Shown here piece by piece: positions 1 to 8,548 of a stretch of 59,930 nt of DNA (positions within the stretch are counted from its first letter, which is position 1; the number at the start of each line of letters is the position of its first letter). The notes below the pieces were generated by a model. The model had not been told where the DNA came from, ran no database searches, and saw nothing but the letters and a program-made list of their open reading frames with translations. This DNA comes from a virus. Lineage: Duplodnaviria > Caudoviricetes. Made by a program: the position numbers and the translations under genes. The DNA lies in the IMG/VR virus record IMGVR_UViG_3300021962_000115, positions 1 to 59,930 of that record; one strand, written 5' to 3'.

Positions 1-581
1 TAAATGGTTATTTGAATCTAAATGGTAATACAGAAATATATAATACTAATCTAACATTTAGATGGAAAAATGGAAATACTTTTTGGGCAGGAGCAGGTGA
101 TTTAAGTGGTACTACAGGTATTGCAGATATGGGGTCTTCCCAAGTAAATGATTTTAGTAGTTTTTCTAATTGGGAGCAAGTTTACTATAATGGATTAGTA
201 ATAAAAGGGTGTACTTTTACAAGTGCAGGAAGTGCTTCAGTAGGTCAGTTAGTTTATCAACGTGCTGATGGAACTTGGGCATTGGCAGATGCAGATAATA
301 GTTCGGCATCATTCCTTTTGGGAATTGCATTAGATGATGTGGTTGCAGATGGGTCATTCTCTGTTTTATTAAATGGTATTTATGCTACCTCTTATCACGA
401 CCAAAATGGAAGTGCTAATTTAGGTTATCCATTATATGTTTCACCAACGGCAGGGAATGTAACTGAAACTGCACCATCAACAAGTGGTCAATATGTTAGA
501 TTAATTGGTCACAATTTAAATACAGGAACAGATGTTCAAGTTATTAGATTTGACCCCGATTGTACTTGGATAGTAATTTAA
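1..581 (+). CDS. 5'-truncated virion fibre/decoration protein with C-terminal cement-like (DUF2190-like) domain
   Basis: Frame is open to the window edge upstream of the TTG at 12; C-terminus GQLVY..GTWALADA..LLGIA..PLYVSPTAG..TAPS..VRLIG resembles domains ending phage fibre/cement proteins. Confidence 0.5.
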   Translation, partial: NGYLNLNGNTEIYNTNLTFRWKNGNTFWAGAGDLSGTTGIADMGSSQVNDFSSFSNWEQVYYNGLVIKGCTFTSAGSASVGQLVYQRADGTWALADADNSSASFLLGIALDDVVADGSFSVLLNGIYATSYHDQNGSANLGYPLYVSPTAGNVTETAPSTSGQYVRLIGHNLNTGTDVQVIRFDPDCTWIVI

Positions 582-601
582 AATAAAAAATAAAATGAGA
601 T

Positions 602-1123
602 ATGGCAAGTGTTAATGGTATCCCTTTTGCAAGTGTAAACCCAACAGATTATTGTTTACCAATGAATAATAGTGGTGGTGGATTTGATAATTCAGCACTA
701 TTTTATAAAAGGGTATATCCGTGGGATGTACAAGAAACATTATTTACAGATTTTGAATATTTTTCTACAGGTTTTCCAAGTGGTGGATTGTATATTTTTC
801 CTCAACAAAATATTCCTTTCAGCACATTAAAATATAGAACATATATAGGAGATTTTAATAATAATTCTACAGGAGAGGCTATATTAATGGACAATGGTGG
901 CATTTCAATAGTGGGTAACACTTCTATATCAATAAACTCGCAAGGTAGTCTTGGAATAACTGCAGGAGAACAAATTCAAATTGTAAATGGATATGGTCAG
1001 AGTCCTTTAAATATAAGGTCTTTAATTATGGCTACAAATGGTGATGCAGGATTTGGTTTTGTAGTTGATGTACCCGATATGGGTGGTCAATATGTTATAC
1101 CTTGCTTTAATATGAACAGATAA
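602..1123 (+). CDS. hypothetical protein, possibly fibre-associated
   Basis: 173 aa G/N/S-rich ORF with A-rich leader, in operon with fibre-like gene. Confidence 0.5.
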   Translation: MASVNGIPFASVNPTDYCLPMNNSGGGFDNSALFYKRVYPWDVQETLFTDFEYFSTGFPSGGLYIFPQQNIPFSTLKYRTYIGDFNNNSTGEAILMDNGGISIVGNTSISINSQGSLGITAGEQIQIVNGYGQSPLNIRSLIMATNGDAGFGFVVDVPDMGGQYVIPCFNMNR

Positions 1124-1135
1124 AAAATAAAAAAG

Positions 1136-1435
1136 ATGGCTTTAATAGTTTCTAATTCAAAAATAAAAAATACAGAAATAGATGCGCCTACAATGTATGT
1201 TAGGTTGCAATTTATTGCATTATATGATGGTTCTAAATCTAATGTCTTTCTAAAATCATATTTAAGTAAAGAAGTATTTGATAATGATTCAAAAGCATTT
1301 GTAGAAACAAATATACCCGAACTATTGTTGGTACAAATTCCTGTTGGACAGAATCAAGATTTATCAACAATCCATACATTGACTAAAGATGCTTTAGAAC
1401 AATTAGGATTTGTAGTAACTATAGATTTAACATAA
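1136..1435 (+). CDS. hypothetical protein (possible fibre assembly chaperone)
   Basis: 99 aa ORF after fibre-like genes; function inferred from position only. Confidence 0.45.
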   Translation: MALIVSNSKIKNTEIDAPTMYVRLQFIALYDGSKSNVFLKSYLSKEVFDNDSKAFVETNIPELLLVQIPVGQNQDLSTIHTLTKDALEQLGFVVTIDLT

Positions 1436-1459
1436 ATTAAATTAAAAAACCAAATAAAC

Positions 1460-1597
1460 ATGGATCCAGAAAAAGCTATAAAAATGCTTGAACAAGCATT
1501 GAATCAAGCAACTATAAAAGGAGCATTTGATCTTAATGAAGTTTCTCATATTATACAAGCACTTCAAGCATTAAAACCTTTAATTGATAAAAAATAA
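1460..1597 (+). CDS. small hypothetical protein (45 aa, MDPEKAIKML...KPLIDKK), not in ORF track
   Basis: ATG 1460 to TAA 1597 fills the gap between neighbours; amphipathic helical sequence; AAACCAAATAAAC leader. Confidence 0.65.
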   Translation: MDPEKAIKMLEQALNQATIKGAFDLNEVSHIIQALQALKPLIDKK

Positions 1598-1600
1598 TTG

Positions 1601-1608
1601 TATATTTG
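1601..1608 (+). promoter_or_regulatory. Bacteroidota-type -7 promoter box (TATATTTG)
   Basis: Matches the TAnnTTTG consensus; intergenic, 17 nt before ATG 1626. Confidence 0.6.
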
Positions 1609-1625
1609 CTTAAAACCAACAGCAA

Positions 1626-3818
1626 ATGAACAACATATGTCAACTGGCATTAGCTAATGGAGGCTCTGTCAATTATCTTATAATCCCAGGAAATATTACT
1701 GAAGGTTTAGGTCTTACTAATCCATCTATCTATTATAGTGATGGGTTATACACATTAAACCTAAGACATGTTCAATATGCACTATATCATAGTGAGAATG
1801 AACAAAAGTATCAGACTCCATGGGGACCATTAGCATATCTTAACCCAGAAGATGACGTAACTCTTAGAACTACAAACTATGTTTGTTATCTAGATCCTAA
1901 TACTCTAGCAATTGATAGTCACTATAAAGTAGATACATCTAAGTTAGATGTAGCTCCTGTATGGGAATTTATTGGATTGGAAGATGCAAGAATTGCATAT
2001 TGGAATGATAAGTTCTATCTCACAGGTGTACGTAGAGATACTAAAACAGATGGTGAAGGAAGAATGGAACTATCTGTAATTGACAATAATGCTAAAGAAA
2101 CTGAGAGATATAGAATAGAACCACCTACACATTCTTATTGTGAGAAGAACTGGATGCCTATTCTTGATATGCCATACCATTATGTTAAATGGACTAACCC
2201 TACAGAAGTAGTAAAAGTAGATCCTAAAAAAGGCACCTCAGTTTCAGTAAAGATTGTTGAACAAGATGTTAAGTTTCCTAGAGATATTAGAGGTGGATCC
2301 CAAGTTATTACGTACGGTGATTACTATGTAGCTCTCACACATGAAGTAGACCTATGGTTTAATGAGCAAGGAAAGAAAGATGCTCATTATTATCACCGCT
2401 TTATTGTTTGGGATAAAGACTGGAAGATAGTTCATTACTCTCCAGAGTTTAAGTTTATGACAGGAAATATTGAGTTCTCCTGTGGTTTAGCATATGATGG
2501 TGATAGTTTTATTATCCCATTTGGTTTTCAGGACTCTACGGCCTTTATTTTAAAACTTCCTGTCACAGTTTTTAATGAAATTTGTGACATACCAAATACA
2601 GAAGTTAAACCAATTACTAGAGGTATAACACCATCTAAGTTAGAAAAGTTTATTAATGATCCATACAATGCATCAAAAGCATTTGATATGGGTAACTATT
2701 ATTTTACTAATTCTCACTATGCCTCTGCAATGTCATTCTTCTTAAGAGCTGCAGAATACAGTAAGAATAATGAACTAACATATGACTCACTAATTATGGT
2801 TGCTAAGTCTCTATCTGCTTTAGGTAGAAGAAAAGTAACTGAATTAGGTCTATGGCAAAATGCTATTGCTCTTGAACCAACAAGACCAGATGCATATTTA
2901 CATATAAGTGAGTATCATGAACAAATGAAAAACTATCATCAATCTTATTCACATGCTGTAATGGGTTTACACTTTACAGAAGTAGGTAGTACTCATTACT
3001 GGGAACTTATGTTTCAAAAAGCAGTTGCTGCATGGTGGATTGGTAGAGGTAAAGAAGCAAGAGATACATTTGCATACCTTGCTGACAATGCAAAGAATCT
3101 TACAGAAAAGTACCAAAAATTGGTACAAACTAATATTACATCATTAGGCTCAGGACCAGATCCATTCCTTAGATATCATAAAGGATTCTATGATCAGCTA
3201 AGATATAAGTTTCCAGGAGCAGAAAAAATTGAGAAAAACTATTCTCAGACATATCAAGATATGTTTGTTTTAACAATGCTTGATGGTAAAAGAAATGGTA
3301 AGTACTTTGAGATTGGTGCAGCAGATCCATACTATGGTAGTAACTCAGCATTACTAGAAGAGTTTGGTTGGACTGGAACATCTTTAGAAATTAAAGAAGA
3401 AGAAGTAACTAAGTTCAATGGAGTACGTAAGAACAAAGCTACACTAGTAGATGCTACTAAATTTGATTATAGTGTTCTTAAAGGTCACATAGACTATTTA
3501 CAAGTAGACTGTGAACCACCAAGCACAACATTTGAGATTCTTAAAATGATCCCATTTGATAAATGTACATTTGGAGTAATTACATTTGAACATGACTACT
3601 ATGCAGATATTACAAGATCCTACAGAGAGTTAGGAAGACATTATCTTTTATCAAGAGGATATGTACTTGTAGCAAGTAACATTGCACCTAATGACACTAG
3701 TGCATATGAAGACTGGTATGTACATCCTAAACATGTTGATGATAAAATACTTAAGATTATGTTAGCAGCAGATGACACAGTTAAAAATGCAGAAAAATAT
3801 ATGCTAGGAATGTTATAA
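1626..3818 (+). CDS. fusion: beta-propeller glycosidase/phosphorylase-like (GH130/GH43 clan-like) + TPR repeats + FkbM-family methyltransferase
   Basis: N-terminal GLEDARI, CEKNWMP, RGGSQ, IEFSCGLA motifs; central helical TPR-like repeats; C-terminal YSQxxQD..YFEIGA..DYLQVDCE..ITFEH..EDWYVH. Confidence 0.7.
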   Translation: MNNICQLALANGGSVNYLIIPGNITEGLGLTNPSIYYSDGLYTLNLRHVQYALYHSENEQKYQTPWGPLAYLNPEDDVTLRTTNYVCYLDPNTLAIDSHYKVDTSKLDVAPVWEFIGLEDARIAYWNDKFYLTGVRRDTKTDGEGRMELSVIDNNAKETERYRIEPPTHSYCEKNWMPILDMPYHYVKWTNPTEVVKVDPKKGTSVSVKIVEQDVKFPRDIRGGSQVITYGDYYVALTHEVDLWFNEQGKKDAHYYHRFIVWDKDWKIVHYSPEFKFMTGNIEFSCGLAYDGDSFIIPFGFQDSTAFILKLPVTVFNEICDIPNTEVKPITRGITPSKLEKFINDPYNASKAFDMGNYYFTNSHYASAMSFFLRAAEYSKNNELTYDSLIMVAKSLSALGRRKVTELGLWQNAIALEPTRPDAYLHISEYHEQMKNYHQSYSHAVMGLHFTEVGSTHYWELMFQKAVAAWWIGRGKEARDTFAYLADNAKNLTEKYQKLVQTNITSLGSGPDPFLRYHKGFYDQLRYKFPGAEKIEKNYSQTYQDMFVLTMLDGKRNGKYFEIGAADPYYGSNSALLEEFGWTGTSLEIKEEEVTKFNGVRKNKATLVDATKFDYSVLKGHIDYLQVDCEPPSTTFEILKMIPFDKCTFGVITFEHDYYADITRSYRELGRHYLLSRGYVLVASNIAPNDTSAYEDWYVHPKHVDDKILKIMLAADDTVKNAEKYMLGML

Positions 3819-3838
3819 ATTTTTCGTATATTATATGT

Positions 3839-4345
3839 ATGAAGTATATACATATATCACGGATTAATCTTTCTACTATGTTGCAGGTATGTCTAATAGT
3901 GATGTGCCTGTTTCTGCTTTTAAGGAAACCTAAGCAAGTTTATCCAGTAAGCAAGCAGAAAACCATAGAAAGAAGAATAGAAGGTAGGGAGACTATTATT
4001 AGGGAGCAAGGTAAAGTAATTGATAACAGTAAATCAATCATAGCTCAACTTAATAATGGTCTTTCTGATTTACAGGCTCAGCTAGAAGAAGTAAAAAATG
4101 CTAGAGATACCTTCAGAATTATCCAGATCCAAGATACAATGATCCATGTACTTTATAGAAGAGATAAAGAAAAAGATGCTATTATAGCTGCCCAAGATAC
4201 TGTTATACAAGCGCAGAGATATATTATCAACTCAAAAGATACTATAATAACAGCTCAAGCCTTTGATTTGAAAAGAATAAAAAGACAAAGAAACATCTCA
4301 ATACTAATAAACGGATTATTAACCACAGGATTAATTATCAAATGA
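3839..4345 (+). CDS. membrane-anchored coiled-coil protein, spanin-like candidate
   Basis: Hydrophobic N-terminal segment, coiled-coil middle, hydrophobic C-terminus; directly upstream of holin/endolysin. Confidence 0.45.
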   Translation: MKYIHISRINLSTMLQVCLIVMCLFLLLRKPKQVYPVSKQKTIERRIEGRETIIREQGKVIDNSKSIIAQLNNGLSDLQAQLEEVKNARDTFRIIQIQDTMIHVLYRRDKEKDAIIAAQDTVIQAQRYIINSKDTIITAQAFDLKRIKRQRNISILINGLLTTGLIIK

Positions 4346-4839
4346 AAACTAAAATAACTTTTTTTACATTGTCAGTCTTATCAATATTTTCTCCGATAGA
4401 ATTGAGTTCTATTCTTTTAATGTTTGTAATCTTTGTTGATACTATAATTAAACTAATTTCTCTTAAGAAAATAGCCTGTGCAGAAAACAGAACTTATAAG
4501 GAAGTGTTTAAATCTAAAATATTAAGAAGAGGTTATATATTTAAAGCCGCTGGTTACTACATATTAGCAATAGCAGTATTTCCTTTAGACTATTATGGTT
4601 TTACACCATTTGTTAATACACTTCTTAAAACAGCCGGATATGATGTTGTAATACCTACCACAGCACTATTTACAAACATACTTATTTATATATTTGCTAT
4701 AATTGAACTATCTTCAATTAATGAAAATTGGTTTGATCTTACAGGTAATAATATATTTAAATCAGTATATAGAGTAGTTAAAGCTATTAGAGGAGGTATT
4801 CAAAAAGTCTCTGATACTTATAAAGAATTTAAAAACTAA
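4342..4839 (+). CDS. putative holin
   Basis: Three hydrophobic segments and IELSSINEN motif typical of phage holin 4-like family; precedes endolysin; ATGA overlap with previous gene. Confidence 0.7.
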   Translation: MKTKITFFTLSVLSIFSPIELSSILLMFVIFVDTIIKLISLKKIACAENRTYKEVFKSKILRRGYIFKAAGYYILAIAVFPLDYYGFTPFVNTLLKTAGYDVVIPTTALFTNILIYIFAIIELSSINENWFDLTGNNIFKSVYRVVKAIRGGIQKVSDTYKEFKN

Positions 4840-4840
4840 T

Positions 4841-5359
4841 ATGAACTATAACTTTTTAAAAGAAGAGAAGTCTCCACAGATTCTAGTTCAAGCTGTAAAG
4901 ATGCTTGGTACTAAAGAGATTGTAGGTAAAGAACATAACCCTGTAATTATGGGATGGGCTAAGGAACTCGGATTACAAAAAGTATATACTGCAGATGAGA
5001 TTCCATGGTGTGGTTTAGCAGTAGCCTATGCAGCACATAAAGCAGGAGTACAAGTAGTAGATAAACCACTATGGGCACTTAACTGGGCTAAGTTTGGAAA
5101 CAAAGTTAGTGAACCTATGTTAGGTGATGTACTCACTTTTAAAAGAAATGGTGGTGGACATGTAGGAATATATGTTGGAGAAGATAAGGATTGTTATCAT
5201 GTACTTGGAGGAAACCAAGGAAATGCAATGAGTGTAACTAGAATATTAAAATCAAGATTGTACCAGGCAAGAAGAACAGCATGGAAAGTTGCTCAACCCA
5301 AAAATGTCCGTAAGATATTTTTAGATGCAAAAGGTACAATCAGTAAAAATGAAGCATAA
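4841..5359 (+). CDS. endolysin, TIGR02594-type NlpC/P60 (CHAP-like) peptidase
   Basis: DEIPWCG catalytic Cys, GGGHVGIY catalytic His, VLGGNQG. Confidence 0.85.
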   Translation: MNYNFLKEEKSPQILVQAVKMLGTKEIVGKEHNPVIMGWAKELGLQKVYTADEIPWCGLAVAYAAHKAGVQVVDKPLWALNWAKFGNKVSEPMLGDVLTFKRNGGGHVGIYVGEDKDCYHVLGGNQGNAMSVTRILKSRLYQARRTAWKVAQPKNVRKIFLDAKGTISKNEA

Positions 5360-5517
5360 TGAAATTTAGAAACGGTTGGAATACCTACACAAAACAATGG
5401 GACAAACTTGCAATCAAGTTAAGATTCTCATTCATTGATATCTTATCTATAGAAGTAGATATATCAAGAAACTTTTATTTACTGACAGTATTTAACTTAA
5501 CTATTAAAAGCAGATAA
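5359..5517 (+). CDS. small hypothetical protein (52 aa, MKFRNGWNTY...), not in ORF track
   Basis: TAATG overlap with endolysin stop; ends at TAA 5517, 2 nt before next ATG. Confidence 0.65.
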   Translation: MKFRNGWNTYTKQWDKLAIKLRFSFIDILSIEVDISRNFYLLTVFNLTIKSR

Positions 5518-5519
5518 TC

Positions 5520-5777
5520 ATGAAAAAGGCAAAAGGACTAGCTGGTACTAAGTGCGCTCTAGAACATTCAAAAACAATGTATTCAACAGGTGGATCCATG
5601 ATTAAACCTAAATACCAAATGGGGGGTGAGTCTCAAATGACAGATCTAGGAACTCTTAAGAGAAAAATTAAAAAAGGTTTTAGAAAGGTTAAAAATGCAA
5701 TAAAAAATCCTGGAGGAGGTAGTCATACCCCTACATTCCATAAACCTAAGTGTGGAGGCCCAGGTCACTATTGTTAA
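5520..5777 (+). CDS. small basic protein with xxxGG motifs
   Basis: 85 aa Lys-rich; YSTGG and YQMGG motifs. Confidence 0.6.
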   Translation: MKKAKGLAGTKCALEHSKTMYSTGGSMIKPKYQMGGESQMTDLGTLKRKIKKGFRKVKNAIKNPGGGSHTPTFHKPKCGGPGHYC

Positions 5778-5797
5778 TATAACTTAAACTACTAGAG

Positions 5798-5827
5798 TCC
5801 AGGTACTTTCAGTGCCTGGATTTTTTT
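5798..5827 (+). terminator. intrinsic terminator
   Basis: TCCAGGTACT-ttc-AGTGCCTGGA stem (one G-U pair) followed by T7. Confidence 0.85.
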
Positions 5828-5858
5828 ATTTAAACAATATACATTTAAACTTTTTTTG

Positions 5859-5866
5859 TATATTTG
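5859..5866 (+). promoter_or_regulatory. Bacteroidota-type -7 promoter box (TATATTTG)
   Basis: TAnnTTTG match right after the terminator and upstream of ATG 5891. Confidence 0.6.
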
Positions 5867-5890
5867 TTGTAAACCAATAAATTAATTATT

Positions 5891-6184
5891 ATGGAAAACC
5901 AACAAGAAAGAGAGTTGACAGCTGAAGAACTAGCTGCTCAAAAAGAACAAATGCTTCAATTTTATACTGAATCTCTACCATATTTAGAAGCACAGCTTAA
6001 GTATGAAGAAGTTCTTATGAAAATTGATGAGGTAAGATTCAAAAGAACTAATATCCAGATGCAGTATGCAATGATGGCACAAGCTCAACAAGAAGCTGAA
6101 GGAGAATTAGAAGGAGAAGATTCTGACATTGATAATCAGCCTGAAGTACCTGAACAAGGTAAGAGGAAGCTTAGAAAACAATAG
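5891..6184 (+). CDS. hypothetical acidic coiled-coil protein
   Basis: 97 aa ORF, first gene after promoter. Confidence 0.7.
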   Translation: MENQQERELTAEELAAQKEQMLQFYTESLPYLEAQLKYEEVLMKIDEVRFKRTNIQMQYAMMAQAQQEAEGELEGEDSDIDNQPEVPEQGKRKLRKQ

Positions 6185-6186
6185 TC

Positions 6187-6564
6187 ATGGCTATAGTAAA
6201 TCAAGTACAGAAGAGAGTAAAAATGCCTAAATGGGATTTGGTTAAATTTCAAATTCTAACTCACTGCTATATTAATAAGTTTTCAATAAGTGAATCTGAC
6301 TTGAATTGTTTAACACTATTAAGCTTTAATCAACCAATTGAACTAACTGATTTCTGTTATGATGCTTCTTCAGAAGAAGGATGGATTTTTAAATCACCCC
6401 AAACTGTTAGAAATTCAATAAATAAAGCAGAAAAACTTGGACTAGTCATAAGAGACCAAGAAAACAAAAAATCTATTTTATTAAACCCAAACATGAAAGT
6501 GCAAACTGAGGGTACAGTTTTGTTAGATTTTAAATTCTTAGGATATGAATCCAAAGAAGTCTAG
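6187..6564 (+). CDS. hypothetical protein, possible winged-HTH DNA-binding protein
   Basis: SPQTVRNSINKAEKLGLVIR followed by beta-hairpin-like segment resembles recognition helix plus wing. Confidence 0.45.
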   Translation: MAIVNQVQKRVKMPKWDLVKFQILTHCYINKFSISESDLNCLTLLSFNQPIELTDFCYDASSEEGWIFKSPQTVRNSINKAEKLGLVIRDQENKKSILLNPNMKVQTEGTVLLDFKFLGYESKEV

Positions 6565-6937
6565 TACTTTATATAAAGAAGTTTCAGAAGAAAATAATGT
6601 TTCTGAAATGCTTGTAAGTGATGTTGTAGAATATTACTATAAAGAACTTAGATTATTACTAAGTGGTCTTAAGTACCCAAGAATAAATGTTGAAGGTTTA
6701 GGTCAATTTGTTATTAAACAAAAGCTTGCTGAGACATACATAGAAAAGCTAAATAAAATACTACCCTCACATGATGTTTCTACTTTTAAAGCATATCACA
6801 ACAAAAAGTCCATGGAAGAAAAACTTCAGTTGCTAAATGATGTGTCACTAAAAATAGAGGAAGAAAGAAAGAGGAAAATAGAATTTTTTAAAAACAAGAA
6901 CAATGAAAACAGTACTGAAAGCAATTTGGGAGAATAG
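6545..6937 (+). CDS. HU/IHF-like DNA-binding protein
   Basis: Two N-terminal helices then RINVEGLGQF, equivalent to the HU V.I.GFG.F motif; such genes are typical of crAss-like phages. Confidence 0.65.
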   Translation: MNPKKSSTLYKEVSEENNVSEMLVSDVVEYYYKELRLLLSGLKYPRINVEGLGQFVIKQKLAETYIEKLNKILPSHDVSTFKAYHNKKSMEEKLQLLNDVSLKIEEERKRKIEFFKNKNNENSTESNLGE

Positions 6938-7196
6938 AAAAGGAATCCTAGAAGGTATAAAAAACTCAGTAATTAGAGATGAGTTTGTAGAAGATGTATC
7001 ACGTATGAGATATGATGTCTGTGATGAATGTCCTAGTAAAGGAAAGAAATGTGCAGTAAAAGGTACAGCTCCATGTTGTAATGAATGTGGTTGTTCATTA
7101 GCTTTTAAGACAAGATCTCTTTCTTCAGAATGTCCTCTTGGTAAATGGCAAGCTATTACCACAGAAGAGGAAGAAGATAAATTAGACCAGTTATGA
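6903..7196 (+). CDS. small Cys-rich metal-binding protein (DUF6171-like)
   Basis: R...CDECP...CNECGC....KT......CPLGKW pattern. Confidence 0.65.
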   Translation: MKTVLKAIWENRKGILEGIKNSVIRDEFVEDVSRMRYDVCDECPSKGKKCAVKGTAPCCNECGCSLAFKTRSLSSECPLGKWQAITTEEEEDKLDQL

Positions 7197-8029
7197 GCAT
7201 AGTATTTAATGCAGATGATCATAGTTATGTTAGTGTAGATCCAAATGATCAGATCAAATGGACTAGTGTAACTACATTAATTTCAAGTTTAAAGAAACCT
7301 TTTGATGCAAAAACAGTTGCAGCTAAAGTATCTAAGAACAAGAAGTCTAAATGGTATGGTATTACTCAGAAAACCATATTAGAAATATGGGAAAATGAAG
7401 CTAATAGAGCTACTACACTTGGTACATTTTATCATAACCAAAGAGAATCTGACTTGTGCTCATTAGCATCTATTGAAAGAGAAGGTGTTACTGTTCCAGT
7501 ATTTAAGCCTTATGAAGCAGAAAATGGTCTAAAAATTGCTCCTTCACAAAAATTAGAACCAGGCGTGTATCCTGAACATATGGTCTATCTTAAGTCAGCA
7601 GGCTTATGCGGCCAATCAGATTTAGTTGAAGTAGTCAATGGTAGAGTTAATATCATTGACTACAAAACTAATAAGGAAATTAAAACAGAATCTTTTAAGA
7701 ACTGGGAAGGAATGTCTGAGAAAATGCTTCCACCTGTAGATCATTTAGATGATTGTAATTTTAATCACTATGCATTACAGTTAAGTGTATATATGTACAT
7801 TATCTTAAAGCATAATCCTAAACTTCAACCAGGAAAGATATTTATTCATCATATTACATTTGAAACATCAGGAGAAGATCAATATGGTTACCCTATTGCT
7901 AAATTAGATGATAATGGAGAACCAAAAGTATTAGAAGTAATACCAATGCCAGTACCTTATCTTTATGATGAGGTTATCTCAGTTATCAACTATCTTAAGG
8001 AGAATCCTTATATTATTAAAAAGAAGTAA
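7193..8029 (+). CDS. PD-(D/E)XK nuclease (RecB/Cas4-like exonuclease)
   Basis: SVTT, GTFYH, GQSDLV, IIDYKT, HYALQLSVY motifs. Confidence 0.85.
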   Translation: MSIVFNADDHSYVSVDPNDQIKWTSVTTLISSLKKPFDAKTVAAKVSKNKKSKWYGITQKTILEIWENEANRATTLGTFYHNQRESDLCSLASIEREGVTVPVFKPYEAENGLKIAPSQKLEPGVYPEHMVYLKSAGLCGQSDLVEVVNGRVNIIDYKTNKEIKTESFKNWEGMSEKMLPPVDHLDDCNFNHYALQLSVYMYIILKHNPKLQPGKIFIHHITFETSGEDQYGYPIAKLDDNGEPKVLEVIPMPVPYLYDEVISVINYLKENPYIIKKK

Positions 8030-8030
8030 T

Positions 8031-8546
8031 ATGCTAGTCAGACTATTTGACGTACAAAATGGTATAGTAATTCCTACGGAACATTGCTATACATTAAAAG
8101 CCCTCAAAGATATCATGGATAACTATCCAGATGATTATCTTAAAATATATCTCTATTTGTTTTATATGACTTGTCCTAATCCGGATATGAATCCTTTCTT
8201 TCATACTCCAGAGATAGATAAAGAACACATTATTCTAAAAGAAATAGAAGCTGAATTCTCAACTGAAGATGATGATATACATACAGCTCTTTTATTTTGT
8301 GAAAGAATGTATGAAACACCTACATCTAGAGCATATAAAGGAATGGCTTCTATGTTGGATAGATTAGCTAGATATATGGAAACAACCCCCATTTCTGCTG
8401 GTAGAGATGGAAATATTAATTCACTAGTGGCTGCAGCCAAAAACTTTGACCAGATTAGAGCATCATTTAAAGGAGTATATAAAGACCTTCAAGATGAACA
8501 GTCTAGTAAAGTACGCGGAGGCCAGGGACTTGCTTATGATAGTTAA
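8031..8546 (+). CDS. conserved hypothetical protein, candidate terminase small subunit
   Basis: Likely start is ATG 8031 (just after nuclease stop) rather than 7965; helical protein immediately upstream of TerL, ending VRGGQGLAYD. Confidence 0.5.
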   Translation: MLVRLFDVQNGIVIPTEHCYTLKALKDIMDNYPDDYLKIYLYLFYMTCPNPDMNPFFHTPEIDKEHIILKEIEAEFSTEDDDIHTALLFCERMYETPTSRAYKGMASMLDRLARYMETTPISAGRDGNINSLVAAAKNFDQIRASFKGVYKDLQDEQSSKVRGGQGLAYDS

Positions 8547-8548
8547 TT

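Noticed and set aside
7193-8029. Cas4-like nuclease as sign of a CRISPR-Cas locus
   Set aside because: No repeat-spacer array or other cas genes seen; lacks the four-Cys Fe-S pattern; stand-alone PD-(D/E)XK nucleases are normal in these phages
7965-8030. Upstream start of the gene before TerL as given in the ORF track
   Set aside because: Overlaps the nuclease gene by 65 nt; ATG 8031 directly after its stop is more plausible
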